From Candidatus Micrarchaeota archaeon (lineage in GTDB: Archaea; B1Sed10-29; WALL01; WAMD01): a stretch of 62,080 bases of DNA. Within the stretch, counting starts at the first letter, position 1. The number at the start of each line of letters is the position of its first letter. Below are positions 29,406-40,231 of the stretch, piece after piece. The DNA is taken from positions 1 through 62,080 of the forward strand of contig CAZZDL010000001.1 of NCBI GenBank assembly GCA_964652335.1. Reading direction: 5' to 3'. The notes beneath the pieces are model-generated. The model saw only the letters and a list, made by a program, of their open reading frames with translations. It was not told the origin of the DNA and searched no databases. The position numbers and the translations under genes were made by a program.

Positions 29406-30356
29406 TTATCTTTTATTTCTTAACACCCAATATATTATCTTGTTCTTCAATTCCTTGATACTCCTATCATCAAATATTGAAACGGCAATATCCACATGGA
29501 AGTTCGGTTTTGATATATCTGACTTACTGGCCACAACAAGAACGTCAAAACCCTTTAGCGATTTTAACAAATTCAACTGCTTCTCTATAGGATATCCACA
29601 ACTCTCGCTTGGATCAACAACAAATATCAGTTTGTTTGATAAATGCTTTATTGCAGCTAGGGCCTGTTTCTCAATTTTGTTCATCTTTTCAGGTGGCCTA
29701 TCCAAAAGACCTGGTGTATCCACCATCTGTATCTGATCATATTTATCCCTTAAGTAACCGACAAGTATCTGCTTTGTGGTGAAGGGATACGATTTTATCT
29801 CCACGCCTGAACCTGTTAGGGCTTTCATTAAGGAAGATTTTCCAACATTCGGATATCCTGCGAACACAACTGTTGGCATGTCCTTTATCTTGGGTAGGCG
29901 TTCTAGCTTTTTACTCGCTTCCTTCAAGGTGTGAAAAGCATCCTTATTTGAAAGAACTAAATCTTCCAACCTTGCCTCAAACTGCTTTCTGAGTCTGGTG
30001 GCCTCACCCACATCTTGGTTTGTTATTTTCCTTGAATACTCTGTTGTCATTTTCTTCAGTTTTTTTGCTAGCCAGTCCACAGCTGCCAAGGCTTTCTTAA
30101 CCTCGTTTATATCTATTAATGCGGATATCAACTCAGCATAAAATGGGTTGAGCTGATTAAAATTAACTGTTGACTTCACTATGCTAGCTAGCTTATCCGA
30201 CACTCTATCCCCAAGGACCTGAACCCTTGCCAGTTCCCTCTTGATTAGCCGCTTCTTCCTATCCTTTTCCCAGATCTGCTTAGCGCTCCTTTTTGCTCTC
30301 TCAACACTAGACTTAACTAGCTCCTTTGGGTCAGGAATATGAGGTATAAAAGACAT
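29406..30356 (-). CDS. NOG1-family GTPase
   Basis: G1 GYPNVGKSS, G3 DTPGLLDRP, G4 SKSD. Confidence 0.8.
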   Translation of the reverse strand: MSFIPHIPDPKELVKSSVERAKRSAKQIWEKDRKKRLIKRELARVQVLGDRVSDKLASIVKSTVNFNQLNPFYAELISALIDINEVKKALAAVDWLAKKLKKMTTEYSRKITNQDVGEATRLRKQFEARLEDLVLSNKDAFHTLKEASKKLERLPKIKDMPTVVFAGYPNVGKSSLMKALTGSGVEIKSYPFTTKQILVGYLRDKYDQIQMVDTPGLLDRPPEKMNKIEKQALAAIKHLSNKLIFVVDPSESCGYPIEKQLNLLKSLKGFDVLVVASKSDISKPNFHVDIAVSIFDDRSIKELKNKIIYWVLRNKR

Positions 30357-30420
30357 ACATAGATATAGATAAACCAGAAATAAATACTATCTTTTTATTT
30401 GAAAAATCCAATATATTATC

Positions 30421-30987
30421 ATGAAGTATTTGGCGCTGGTTGTGTTGCTAGTGATGGCTTTGGCAATCGCTCAGGAGATACCTACCGCTTGCAAGCAGAT
30501 AGAAATAGAGATAAACGGTCTTGAGGATTCTGTATCAGCATATTCAAATCTGACTGTTTATTCAATATACGCTAGGCTTGGAGATAAGTACTTGCAGTTA
30601 GGGGAATGTTATAGAGATGCCGGGCTACCTGCGAATGCGTATTTTGCAATGGCTGGAAACTACTATGAAAAAGCTGGAGATTCCTACATGGCAGACATGC
30701 AAAAGAAATATGATTACTATTTATCAGCTGGAGAAGCCTATGCCCAATCAGGAGAAAAGGAAGATGCACTAAGAGCATTTAGGGAGGCCAAGGAGATACT
30801 AGAGTCAAATCCAGATATAAACATAAATCCAGCGTATGTAAACCAGAGAATATACGAAATACAGTATCCACTTGTGGAGCGAGCCCCCCATGGTAGCGAA
30901 AACATAAAATGGATAGGTTGGATGATTGGTGGTTTGGTTGTTCTAGCCGTTGTGCTTACCTTCTACTATATTCTCAAGAGGTACTGA
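30421..30987 (+). CDS. Secreted/TM-anchored TPR-like protein, unknown
   Basis: Signal peptide MKYLALVVLLVMALAIA, C-terminal TM. Confidence 0.5.
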   Translation: MKYLALVVLLVMALAIAQEIPTACKQIEIEINGLEDSVSAYSNLTVYSIYARLGDKYLQLGECYRDAGLPANAYFAMAGNYYEKAGDSYMADMQKKYDYYLSAGEAYAQSGEKEDALRAFREAKEILESNPDININPAYVNQRIYEIQYPLVERAPHGSENIKWIGWMIGGLVVLAVVLTFYYILKRY

Positions 30988-30988
30988 T

Positions 30989-32659
30989 ATGGAAGTAAAA
31001 TATAGAGATCTAGCTGGGAGGATAGGTAAACTAAAAACAAAATCTGGCAAATATGAAACTCCCCTAATTCTCCCAGTCATAAATCCAAATAAGATGATAA
31101 TATCCCCTAGGGAAATGAAAAAAGAGTTCGGAGTTGATGGTGTAATAACTAACTCCTACATAATATGGAGGAACGAAGCACTAAGAGAGAAAGCAATGAA
31201 AGGAATTGATAAACTGCTTGATTTTGATGGCTTAATTATGACTGATTCTGGAGCATTTCAGTTAATGACGTACGGCAAAATAGATGTTACGAACAAAGAG
31301 ATTATTGAATTCCAAAAAAGGATTGGTGTGGATATAGGTGTAATACTTGACCTTCCTGGGCTTGGTGACTACAAAGAGATGAGCGAGAACCTTAAGCTAA
31401 CACTGGAGAGGGCAAAGGAGGTAGAAAAAGGAGATACAATATTTGCCGGTCCTGTGCAGGGAGGGATTTACAAATCACTGAGGCAGAAATGTGCAAGACA
31501 GTTATTAAAAATGGGATTTGATTATTTTGCTGTTGGCTCTGTTGTTCCTCTGCTAAATGATTACAGGTTCACAGATGCATTCAATGCATTGGTATGGACA
31601 AGAGAAATACTACCTGTGGATAAAACAGTCCATTTTTTTGGTGCCGGACATCCAATGATGTTTGCCTTTGGTGTTGCGTTGGGTGCGGACGTGTTTGACT
31701 CTGCTGCATATGCAATATTTGCCAGAGAAGGCAGATACTTGACCGTGGACGGAACAAAAGACATAAACGAAATCAGTTATTTGCCTTGCTCTTGCCCTGT
31801 GTGTACGAATCATTCCTTGGAAGAAATAAGGAAAAACCCTAGCTTACTAGCGAGACACAATCTGTATGTAACAATGGAAGAAATGAGAAGAGTCAAAGAA
31901 GCAATAAAGGACGGAACTCTATGGGAGTTACTAGAGAGGAGAGCCAGAGCACATCCTGAATTGTACAAAGCGTTTAGGGCTTTCAAGAGATATCTTCCAT
32001 ATCTAGAAGAGAAGGATCCAATAACAAAGAGAAGATTTTTCTATCTATCATCCGATACAAAAAACAGAGTAGAGGTATACAGGCACAAAAAGAAGAAGCT
32101 CAAATCAAAATCGTTTGTTAGACTGCCTATATTTGGCAATGTCCCATCTGAAGTGCTAGACATGTATCCATTTGGTCAGATGGGAGGTATTGACGTTGAC
32201 ATTGACAAAAATAAACTAAGGGACATTGATGTCGTCAGGGGGATAGTTGGATATGTCTATGGATTCTATGACATAATCCCTGAAGACGTAAAAATAGAAA
32301 AAAGCAAAAAGACTGGTAGGATAAGATTCGTTTATGGCAATGAAAAACTATTACTAGCCCTTAGAGCGAGTGATTATATGCCAATAATTCACTGGATTGG
32401 TGAAGAATTTGTAAAGAGAAAATCCTGGTTTGTAATGGTTCCGAGAGATATAAAACAATTCATAAGAGATGGCAAATCTGTATTTGCAAAATTCGTAAAG
32501 GATGCAGACGAAAGAATAAGACCGGGTATGGAAGTTGTAATAGTTGACGATAGCTGGAATATGCTAGCCACAGGGACAGCAGTTATGTCTGGAACTGAAA
32601 TGGTTTCTGCCATGGAAGGTGTAGCTGTAAAGACTAGGAGACTACACCCCAAAAAATGA
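30989..32659 (+). CDS. tgtA: Archaeosine tRNA-guanine transglycosylase with C-terminal PUA domain
   Basis: MTDSGAFQ, zinc site CSCPVC..H, PUA-like C-terminus; ATG 30989. Confidence 0.9.
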   Translation: MEVKYRDLAGRIGKLKTKSGKYETPLILPVINPNKMIISPREMKKEFGVDGVITNSYIIWRNEALREKAMKGIDKLLDFDGLIMTDSGAFQLMTYGKIDVTNKEIIEFQKRIGVDIGVILDLPGLGDYKEMSENLKLTLERAKEVEKGDTIFAGPVQGGIYKSLRQKCARQLLKMGFDYFAVGSVVPLLNDYRFTDAFNALVWTREILPVDKTVHFFGAGHPMMFAFGVALGADVFDSAAYAIFAREGRYLTVDGTKDINEISYLPCSCPVCTNHSLEEIRKNPSLLARHNLYVTMEEMRRVKEAIKDGTLWELLERRARAHPELYKAFRAFKRYLPYLEEKDPITKRRFFYLSSDTKNRVEVYRHKKKKLKSKSFVRLPIFGNVPSEVLDMYPFGQMGGIDVDIDKNKLRDIDVVRGIVGYVYGFYDIIPEDVKIEKSKKTGRIRFVYGNEKLLLALRASDYMPIIHWIGEEFVKRKSWFVMVPRDIKQFIRDGKSVFAKFVKDADERIRPGMEVVIVDDSWNMLATGTAVMSGTEMVSAMEGVAVKTRRLHPKK

Positions 32660-33043
32660 AAGAAACCATTGGATAATTTTTTCTAGAAACCCAACTGGCT
32701 TTGTCTCTTCCTTTGATATCTTGCCATCTACGCAGATATTGACTGTTCCTCTGGCTGACTGGGACTCAACTGCTATCCTCCAGTATCCTGGATTTAACTT
32801 GACCTTCTCTATGTCATACACACTTGGATCTTGAAATCCATCATCTATTTTGAAGACTTCTCCACTAGGCGAGTAAACAACAAGTGCAAAGTCTAGCAAT
32901 CTGTTACCTGCCTCTGCCTTGAGAGTCGTTGGTTTATCTACATCTACATAAACCCATGCAGGATAGCTCAAGTCAATGTAAACCTGGGTACAACTGGCTA
33001 AAACAAAACCTGGTAGAAGCAAGGATAACAATAATCCTTTCAT
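32642..33043 (-). CDS. Putative lipoprotein, unknown
   Basis: Signal plus lipobox LLLPGFVLASC. Confidence 0.5.
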   Translation of the reverse strand: MKGLLLSLLLPGFVLASCTQVYIDLSYPAWVYVDVDKPTTLKAEAGNRLLDFALVVYSPSGEVFKIDDGFQDPSVYDIEKVKLNPGYWRIAVESQSARGTVNICVDGKISKEETKPVGFLEKIIQWFLSFFGV

Positions 33044-33078
33044 ATCCCTCCCCCCATTTATTGTTTGTCGGAATGTTT

Positions 33079-33582
33079 TTAATCCTTTCCCTTTAGCTCA
33101 TTTACTTTATTTATATAGGTCTGTTTATCATATTCAATCCACTCATTAACATCGTACTCTATGATGTTGCCTCCTTCATCCTTTGTCACGACTTTCTTTA
33201 TACCTGCATTTATCAAAACTCTCTTGCATCTATCACATGGGTGGCTCGGCGTTGGAGAGCCGTCTGGCCTTGCTCCATATATGTAGAGCACCCCACCAAA
33301 AACCTTCGCTCCGTTCCTTGCCGCGTTCACAACCGCATTTTCCTCTGCATGGACAGCTGGGCATAAATCATAAGCAGAATAACTGGGCAAATCCTTCAAA
33401 TCCTTTATACATCCAATATCATAGCAGTTAACAGACCCTCTTGCTGGACCATTGTAACCTGTGGACACTATTGTATCATTAACAACAATTATTGCTCCAA
33501 ATCTTCTCCTAAGACAAGGAGATCTGAGAGAAACTGCCTTTGCAATATTTAGATAATATTCGTCTTTTGACGGCCTATTCAT
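33079..33582 (-). CDS. dCMP deaminase (CMP/dCMP-type zinc deaminase)
   Basis: HAEENA and PCDRC zinc motifs. Confidence 0.85.
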   Translation of the reverse strand: MNRPSKDEYYLNIAKAVSLRSPCLRRRFGAIIVVNDTIVSTGYNGPARGSVNCYDIGCIKDLKDLPSYSAYDLCPAVHAEENAVVNAARNGAKVFGGVLYIYGARPDGSPTPSHPCDRCKRVLINAGIKKVVTKDEGGNIIEYDVNEWIEYDKQTYINKVNELKGKD

Positions 33583-33641
33583 GCAAACACCAGCCTATTT
33601 TTATATAAAAAGATTTAAATGGGTTTCCCTTTAGCTAAATT

Positions 33642-34109
33642 ATGATTATCGTGATAGACCTTGTAGTTACCGGGATAATAGTAATCACTGGGTTAGTCTT
33701 GATAGCCTATGGATGTAAAGATGTTATGGGAAGACCAGCGTTGCTTTTTGGATTAATAATGGTCCTTTTGTCTGTTGACAGCTTCCTCATTTTTAATTAC
33801 AGATTAAATTATGTCATGCATTGTCTATTAAGGTGCTCTGCCTTCCTGCTTGGTTTAGTTTTGGTATACGAGTTGGTGTTGAAGAAAACAAATAGGATAA
33901 AATTGCTCGAGAATAAAGTGAGGAAAATAGAGGAACTGAAGAACTTCACCAGAATGCAGTATAAACAAGGTCTGATCGCAGAAACCGAATATAAGAAGCT
34001 GATGCTGAAATACGACGAAGAAATAATGAAGCTGTTGCTTGAGATAAAATCCCTTAAACCAATAAAGATACCTCTCTTGGAAGAAGTAACAAATCTAATC
34101 TTTAGATAA
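33642..34109 (+). CDS. Small membrane protein with C-terminal coiled coil, unknown
   Basis: Three hydrophobic segments then K/E-rich tail. Confidence 0.45.
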   Translation: MIIVIDLVVTGIIVITGLVLIAYGCKDVMGRPALLFGLIMVLLSVDSFLIFNYRLNYVMHCLLRCSAFLLGLVLVYELVLKKTNRIKLLENKVRKIEELKNFTRMQYKQGLIAETEYKKLMLKYDEEIMKLLLEIKSLKPIKIPLLEEVTNLIFR

Positions 34110-35112
34110 ATGGTTTTATCTCTCTTTCTATCTTTTTTGCTTTTTTATAAAAATAATCTCCAACATCTAGATGTGTATATGCATCCAGCATGGCTTTTAT
34201 GAAAGGATCGTTAAACTTGTCCTTTGGAATATTCTCAGGCAAGGCCTTTATAGACTCTTTCAAATTACGTGGGATTACCTTTCTCCTAGATGGCCAATAC
34301 CATCTCCTCAAATTTTTTATGTCTGACTCTAACCTTTTCCATATTTTTTCTGGATCAAGAGGTACACTCCTAACTTTCATAAATATTGGTAATGTCACTG
34401 GTAAACTGGATCCCTCCATAGACCTACCTACTTTATACTCTCTTTGTAGTAAATTCAGATATTTTGTGATAAATGACTGATAATGTAAAGCTGCCCTTAC
34501 CTTGTGTAAATTCATCTCCCATATTTTCTCCAAAATTGGTTCTAGTTTGTCCTCCGGAACCTTCTTCACTACATTCTCTATCTCCTTGTGTATCTTAACC
34601 CCTGCGATTCTCCAAGCGTCTTGATGAGCTCTGACTGGATGGACATTCCTCTCTTTAACTGTAGCAATCAGGTTTCCAAGTTCCTTGGCAAACTTGTCTT
34701 GAATATCTAATATTTTCTCATTTGTCGGTGATATCATTCTAAACCTTTCTATATCCATATATGGAGTATGCATTAAAAACTCAACCGCTGCCTTTTGTGC
34801 CTCTGAAAAGCTGATCTCCCCGTCAAGGAATGCTCTTCTCTTATGTCCATTAATAACCTCTTTTGTCTCTGTAAACAGAGACCATATGTCTCTTACCTTC
34901 TTCCTATAAGACCTCGGTACATAAACCAGATTAAAACCCTTTGGTCCTGGAATCGTCGCATAGCTCAAGGCAATTAAGTCATTTTTTATTGTCTCGTATG
35001 AAACACCTTTTTTCTTTGCAAAATCAGATAAGACAGAATATCTTATCCCTTCGGGGAAGGAATTCATCAAATTTATCAGTTCTACTAATCTTTTCTTTCT
35101 TTTTGGATGCAT
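34102..35112 (-). CDS. Hypothetical protein with N-terminal HTH-like segment
   Basis: Start moved to ATG 35112 (MHPKRKKRLVELI...) to clear trmI; no catalytic motif seen. Confidence 0.45.
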   Translation of the reverse strand: MHPKRKKRLVELINLMNSFPEGIRYSVLSDFAKKKGVSYETIKNDLIALSYATIPGPKGFNLVYVPRSYRKKVRDIWSLFTETKEVINGHKRRAFLDGEISFSEAQKAAVEFLMHTPYMDIERFRMISPTNEKILDIQDKFAKELGNLIATVKERNVHPVRAHQDAWRIAGVKIHKEIENVVKKVPEDKLEPILEKIWEMNLHKVRAALHYQSFITKYLNLLQREYKVGRSMEGSSLPVTLPIFMKVRSVPLDPEKIWKRLESDIKNLRRWYWPSRRKVIPRNLKESIKALPENIPKDKFNDPFIKAMLDAYTHLDVGDYFYKKAKKIEREIKPFI

Positions 35113-35158
35113 GTTTTTATTGTGATAACAAAGGTTAATAAGGATTGCATTTATGATA

Positions 35159-35878
35159 CTAGAATTTTGTTCCCCATACAAAAAAACCAGGAAAACCAAA
35201 TAATCTCTGGGAGAACCTAGCATATTTCTTAACAACTATTTTCCTAAATCCTAATTCTATTGCGTTTATTGAGACAAAACCTTGATTCTCTAGCTCTTTC
35301 CATACTGGTTTAATACTGTCAAATATTGGTGTGTACACTCCAATCCTGCCACCATCCACTAGGAGATCCACAAGCTCTGGTATTAAGTCATCCGGGTTTT
35401 GTAGATCTAGAAAGATTGCATCCACTTTGCTCACGTATCTACTAGCCTCCCTAACGTCATCATTAACCAACTGTACATTATCCACACCTGCTTCAGATAT
35501 GTTCCTTTTCGCTATGTTGTAAAAGCGTTCATCCTTTTCAAATGTATAGACCTGCCCCGGATGAATGTAATTTGCAAACACAATTGCAGATCCACCAGAG
35601 CCAGTTCCAGCCTCAATAATAGATTTTCCCCTCTTTAATCCTAGGAGGTAAGCAAAAATAGATGTGTCATATCCAAACAGCGGTTTCGCACCCATTCTCA
35701 TACTCTCAACTAGGTCATCCAGACCCGGATGGGCTATTACATACTCTTCTCCCTTATGTGTTTTCAATTTTCCTGGCTTGATCTTTGATTTTGGTATGAC
35801 TCCTTTATCCGTATGTATATCTTTGCTGGAATCAACTAATTTTCTTTTGCCTGACCTAGATATCAAAACAAATCTCAT
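35159..35878 (-). CDS. trmI: tRNA (adenine-N1)-methyltransferase TrmI (GCD14 family)
   Basis: IIEAGTGSGGSA motif I, AIFLDLQNPDD. Confidence 0.8.
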   Translation of the reverse strand: MRFVLISRSGKRKLVDSSKDIHTDKGVIPKSKIKPGKLKTHKGEEYVIAHPGLDDLVESMRMGAKPLFGYDTSIFAYLLGLKRGKSIIEAGTGSGGSAIVFANYIHPGQVYTFEKDERFYNIAKRNISEAGVDNVQLVNDDVREASRYVSKVDAIFLDLQNPDDLIPELVDLLVDGGRIGVYTPIFDSIKPVWKELENQGFVSINAIELGFRKIVVKKYARFSQRLFGFPGFFVWGTKF

Positions 35879-35967
35879 ATTCTGTTTTTAGCTGATCCAG
35901 ATTTTTACATTTTTTGGAAATCGTTTTTATACTAGACTATGTAAAAATATTGTCTTGCGGTGATTAC

Positions 35968-36840
35968 ATGATATACTCCAACAGCTACTACAAGTACTAT
36001 ATTATAATTCCAATCACTTTGGCAATAATTAGTATTTTGGCGCTTCCTTATCTACCAAAGGCAGTGGATATAACCGGTGGGACAAGCATATCTGCTGTCG
36101 TCCCTGTGTCTGTGAATGTGGATGACAAACAGATAATATCCGCATTATCAGACCTTAATTTACGAGACTTAAGTGTTAGTGTAGCAGAGAATCCGTTAAG
36201 TAATCAAAAGATGTATCTCGTGGAATTTGCCCCAATTAAAAAAGAGGATAACGCCACATCTGTTAATGTAGAAATAAAACGAAGGTTGGCAGGGTTGCTG
36301 GGCATATCAGAGTCAGATATAAATGTTCAAGAAATAGGTCCAACAATAGGAAAGATGTTCTGGGAGAGTGGGTTGAGGGCATTGGTATTTGCGTTCCTAT
36401 TCATGGGTGCGGTCGTATTTTTAACATTTAGAGAACTAGCACCATCTACATATGTTATATCCGCCGCAATACTAGACGTCTTGTATGCATTGCTTGGAAT
36501 GGTAATATTTAGAATCCCATTATCACTTGCAACCCTTGCAGCAATGCTAATGTTAATAGGTTATTCTGTAGATACAGACATATTGCTAACGAACAAGGTT
36601 ATAAAGAGAAAAGAAGGGGATGTTGACTCTAGAATAGCATCAGCAATGAAAACAGGTCTAACAATGACTGGGACAACACTAACAGCATTGATTGTGATGA
36701 CTCTAGCTGCATGGATGCTACACACACAAACACTTGTGTGGATAGGTGCAACGCTCACATTCGGTTTGGTGGGTGATCTTATATCAACTTGGTTGATGAA
36801 CGCGGTGATATTGAAATGGTGGGTAACAAGAAAATCTTAA
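35968..36840 (+). CDS. secF: Protein-export membrane protein SecF
   Basis: RND-like 6-TM C-terminal module, IGYSVDTDILL; ATG 35968. Confidence 0.8.
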   Translation: MIYSNSYYKYYIIIPITLAIISILALPYLPKAVDITGGTSISAVVPVSVNVDDKQIISALSDLNLRDLSVSVAENPLSNQKMYLVEFAPIKKEDNATSVNVEIKRRLAGLLGISESDINVQEIGPTIGKMFWESGLRALVFAFLFMGAVVFLTFRELAPSTYVISAAILDVLYALLGMVIFRIPLSLATLAAMLMLIGYSVDTDILLTNKVIKRKEGDVDSRIASAMKTGLTMTGTTLTALIVMTLAAWMLHTQTLVWIGATLTFGLVGDLISTWLMNAVILKWWVTRKS

Positions 36841-38351
36841 AGGATTGGAGAATCTTAATGCTGGTAGGATGCCTTATATTCCTGGGGTTGCTACCTCTAG
36901 GGCTCAAGGGACTAAAATTTGGTATGGACTTCTCCGGTGGGTCACTAATATACCTCCAACTTGAGAAGCCCGTGGACGAGAATACCATGGACACAATGGT
37001 TTCAATACTCCAAGCAAGGCTGAACGGTTTTGGACTGAAAGATATTAGTGTTAGACCTGTTGGTGATCAATACATTATGGTCTCTGTTTCTGGTGTTAGT
37101 AACACTAGCCTAGAGGCAATAGAAGATGTATTGCAGAAACAAGGTAAATTTGAAGCAATAATAGATGGAAAGATAGCATTAACCGGAGAGGATATCTTAA
37201 GGGTGAAAACAGATCCGCAAAGTGGATATGGTTGGCTACCAGGCACTGGCCAATGGAATGTTCCGTTTGACATATCTGGGGACGGCGCAGCTAGATTCGC
37301 TGAAGTTGCTGCGGGGAAATGTAAGAAGGTGGAGGGGGAGATAAAATGTGACAAGATATACATGTTTATTGATAGACCAGAGAATGCAGCAGTTATCATC
37401 CCAGGGGGATTGTATGAAAAGGAAAAGTACATGTACATGGTCCCAGGAAATCCAAGATCTGAATTCGTAGATATTGAAGATATCAGAAAGAATTCAAATG
37501 TTACTATAATTGTGGCTGATGATCTGAATGAATCAGTCATCTCTATGTTAAAGGATGTAAATGTGTCCACTGTTATAATACCTGAAAACTCAACCTATAA
37601 CATAACAGCTTTGAACGAATCTGGCTTCTCAGTAAAGGTCGTCGGAAAAACTAGTGATTACTGGTTATGGGATGCCGTTGGACTAAAGTCTATATTAAAT
37701 CTTACGCCTGGAGTAACCAGCGGTGAGCCAGTAACAAGTGCCGTAATCCAAGGCCATTCAGCCACAAGGGAAGAGGCAAACACTGAAATGACAAAGATGG
37801 TAGTTATACTCAGATCTGGAAAACTGCCAGTTAAACTAGATATTGCAACAACAATGCACGTGTCTCCAAAGCTAGGAAAGCAATTCTTGAGCTATGCTGG
37901 TTGGATAGGAATTGTTGCATGGATTATGGTTGGCTTGGTTGTGTACGTAAGATATAAACATCCAAAGCTGTCTTTGATGATAATGGCAAATAACCTGTCA
38001 GAAGTAATAATAATCTTGGGCATCGCATCTTTGATATCATGGGAGATAGATATGGCTGCCCTTGCTGGTCTAGTTGCGGCGGTGGGGACAGGTGTTGATC
38101 ACATGATAGTGATATCCGACGAGATAGTGTCAGGTGAAAGGGAAAAAGAAGTCTCACTAGTAGGTAGGATAAAGAAAGCATTTAAGATAATATTCGCAGC
38201 TGCAGCAACTACTACTGCAGCAATGCTTCCATTGATAACCCTCGGATTTGGTATTATGAAGGGATTTGCAATAACAACACTAATAGGTCTCGGGGTTGGT
38301 GTGCTAGTGGTAAGGCCAGCCTTTGCAAGGATAATAGAGGAAATCTTATGA
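36816..38351 (+). CDS. secD: Protein-export membrane protein SecD
   Basis: N-terminal TM, large periplasmic-type domain, C-terminal 5-TM with GTGVDHMIVISDE; overlaps secF by 25 nt. Confidence 0.85.
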   Translation: MVGNKKILKDWRILMLVGCLIFLGLLPLGLKGLKFGMDFSGGSLIYLQLEKPVDENTMDTMVSILQARLNGFGLKDISVRPVGDQYIMVSVSGVSNTSLEAIEDVLQKQGKFEAIIDGKIALTGEDILRVKTDPQSGYGWLPGTGQWNVPFDISGDGAARFAEVAAGKCKKVEGEIKCDKIYMFIDRPENAAVIIPGGLYEKEKYMYMVPGNPRSEFVDIEDIRKNSNVTIIVADDLNESVISMLKDVNVSTVIIPENSTYNITALNESGFSVKVVGKTSDYWLWDAVGLKSILNLTPGVTSGEPVTSAVIQGHSATREEANTEMTKMVVILRSGKLPVKLDIATTMHVSPKLGKQFLSYAGWIGIVAWIMVGLVVYVRYKHPKLSLMIMANNLSEVIIILGIASLISWEIDMAALAGLVAAVGTGVDHMIVISDEIVSGEREKEVSLVGRIKKAFKIIFAAAATTTAAMLPLITLGFGIMKGFAITTLIGLGVGVLVVRPAFARIIEEIL

Positions 38352-39002
38352 TAGGTAAACTATCTTTTCTCTGCCTTGCTTCTTCTTTTTTATATGGCCT
38401 CTCTTTTTTAGTTCCTTCAGTAAGAGGCTAACTTTGGCTTCAGAAAAACCAGTTAGATTAACTAGTTCCTTCTGCTTTATTTTTCCTCCGTTCTGTTGGA
38501 TGAGGGATATGATATAGTTTAGATCCTTCTCCCTCAGCTTATTCTTTCTTTTTGATATGAGTATAAAGAATACCCCGATGCATATCAAAAGGATACCAAT
38601 TATGTACCTTATCAGTGGGTTGGTGGTCTCTTGATTAAATTGAACTGGTTGCTCTTCATTCAGCTCTCCAGTTGGGAGCTCCAGCTCTGTTAATGGATCA
38701 TAGGGGAGCTTGTCAAACATAATTATGTCTATCTTTGTGTCACCTAAAACAGACACAGTCTCGTTGTAAAATAAATCTGTCCCGTACTTCTCTGCAACTA
38801 GTCTGTACGTACCGTTTTGGATATCAATACTGTAATCCCCTCTGTCGGACGATAACGTTCTTGACACTAGCGTGCCGTTCTCATACACAGATATAACAGC
38901 ATATGGAACCGGCTCAAAGGATATATCGTATACTGTCCCATGGATAGCAAAGCTAATTGAAAAAAACAATACTAATGTTATAATGCAAAGTGGCTTGTTC
39001 AT
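38346..39002 (-). CDS. Membrane-tethered winged-helix regulator with extracellular CarboxypepD_reg-like beta-sandwich
   Basis: Signal peptide, GTVYD...GDYSIDIQNGTYRLVAEKYG, single TM IIGILLICIGVFFILI, cytoplasmic KQKELVNLTGFSEAKVSLLLKELKKRGHI. Confidence 0.6.
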   Translation of the reverse strand: MNKPLCIITLVLFFSISFAIHGTVYDISFEPVPYAVISVYENGTLVSRTLSSDRGDYSIDIQNGTYRLVAEKYGTDLFYNETVSVLGDTKIDIIMFDKLPYDPLTELELPTGELNEEQPVQFNQETTNPLIRYIIGILLICIGVFFILISKRKNKLREKDLNYIISLIQQNGGKIKQKELVNLTGFSEAKVSLLLKELKKRGHIKKKKQGREKIVYLS

Positions 39003-39100
39003 GTGTTATTTTTGGATCTAAAACTTTAAAGCTTTACTTAAAGGATTAAGGATGATACATTTTTAAACTGTGGGTAAAAGAATTTCTCGGAGGTGATAAG

Positions 39101-40231
39101 ATGGATAGAAGGATTTTGAGTATCTTAGTTGTGCTTGGGTTTGTTATGCCAGTGTTCGCAGTGGGCTTAAATGGAGAGTTTAAAGCGAATATTGGGAAAA
39201 ACGGACAAGATGTGAATCTATCAGCAAATGTATCTAATGGAGAGATAAACGCATCTATTTCTATCAGCAGTGGAGGACTAAACGAAACATTCGAAGAAAT
39301 ACAAAAAGAGATACATCCGGTTGCAGTGAACAGGAGTGAAAATGTATGTGCACTACAAATAAAGGATCTAGCTAAAATCGTTAGAAGAGCAAGAATGGAG
39401 AATATGATTGCTGTTGGAAAAGCATTGGATAAAATCAGGGCTGAGGTTATGCTCGCTGGAATGAATGCGACAATTGAAAAGGCAAAAGAATACGGAGCAA
39501 ACGCCAGCGAATTGGAAGAGCTTAGAAATACCTACATACAGGTGATTGAAGATTTAGCAAACAGTCAGACAAGAGAGGAGCACAGACAAAATGCAATGCT
39601 GATAAAACAAATAGTAAGGGAATTCAGGGAGAAGGCACATAACATATCAGAACTTGAGGAGCACGCAGATGAGGTTATCGCAGCAGTAAAGGAAGCAATG
39701 AAACAAGTCAGAGAGCAAGAGAAAACAAGATTGGAAGAAAATTGGGAAAGAGCAAAAGAGGTTGGCCTAGCGGTCTTTGACCTGCATATTTGCCTAGCTG
39801 AGAGCAAGATAAACAGATTCTACAATCTGGGATTCAACACAACACTAGCGGAAGAGAAGTTAGAAGAGATAAAAGATCTAAGAGATGATTTAGAAGCTGC
39901 ATACGACTCAATGAACGGATCCCAAGTGGCAATGGTGAAAGTAGAAATTGCAAAAAAATGGGGTGAATTCCACAGAGCATTTATAAGGATAGAAAGAAAA
40001 GTCATAATATACAAGTACGCAATGGCAAGAAAGAAAATGGAGGCAGCGATAAATAAGCTAGAGGAACATGGAGTAAATGCAACGCAATTAAAAGAGAAGC
40101 TAAAATTAGTGGATCAAAAAGTAAAGCAATTAAACGAAACAGATAAAAGTCTTGCAGAGTTTAACAAAGAATACAACAAGATTAATAAAAAGATAATAGA
40201 GCTAGCTAAAGAAAAGGTAGGTGTTGCTTAA
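39101..40231 (+). CDS. Secreted long coiled-coil protein, unknown
   Basis: Signal peptide ILSILVVLGFVMPVFA then about 300 aa helical K/E/A-rich sequence. Confidence 0.55.
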   Translation: MDRRILSILVVLGFVMPVFAVGLNGEFKANIGKNGQDVNLSANVSNGEINASISISSGGLNETFEEIQKEIHPVAVNRSENVCALQIKDLAKIVRRARMENMIAVGKALDKIRAEVMLAGMNATIEKAKEYGANASELEELRNTYIQVIEDLANSQTREEHRQNAMLIKQIVREFREKAHNISELEEHADEVIAAVKEAMKQVREQEKTRLEENWERAKEVGLAVFDLHICLAESKINRFYNLGFNTTLAEEKLEEIKDLRDDLEAAYDSMNGSQVAMVKVEIAKKWGEFHRAFIRIERKVIIYKYAMARKKMEAAINKLEEHGVNATQLKEKLKLVDQKVKQLNETDKSLAEFNKEYNKINKKIIELAKEKVGVA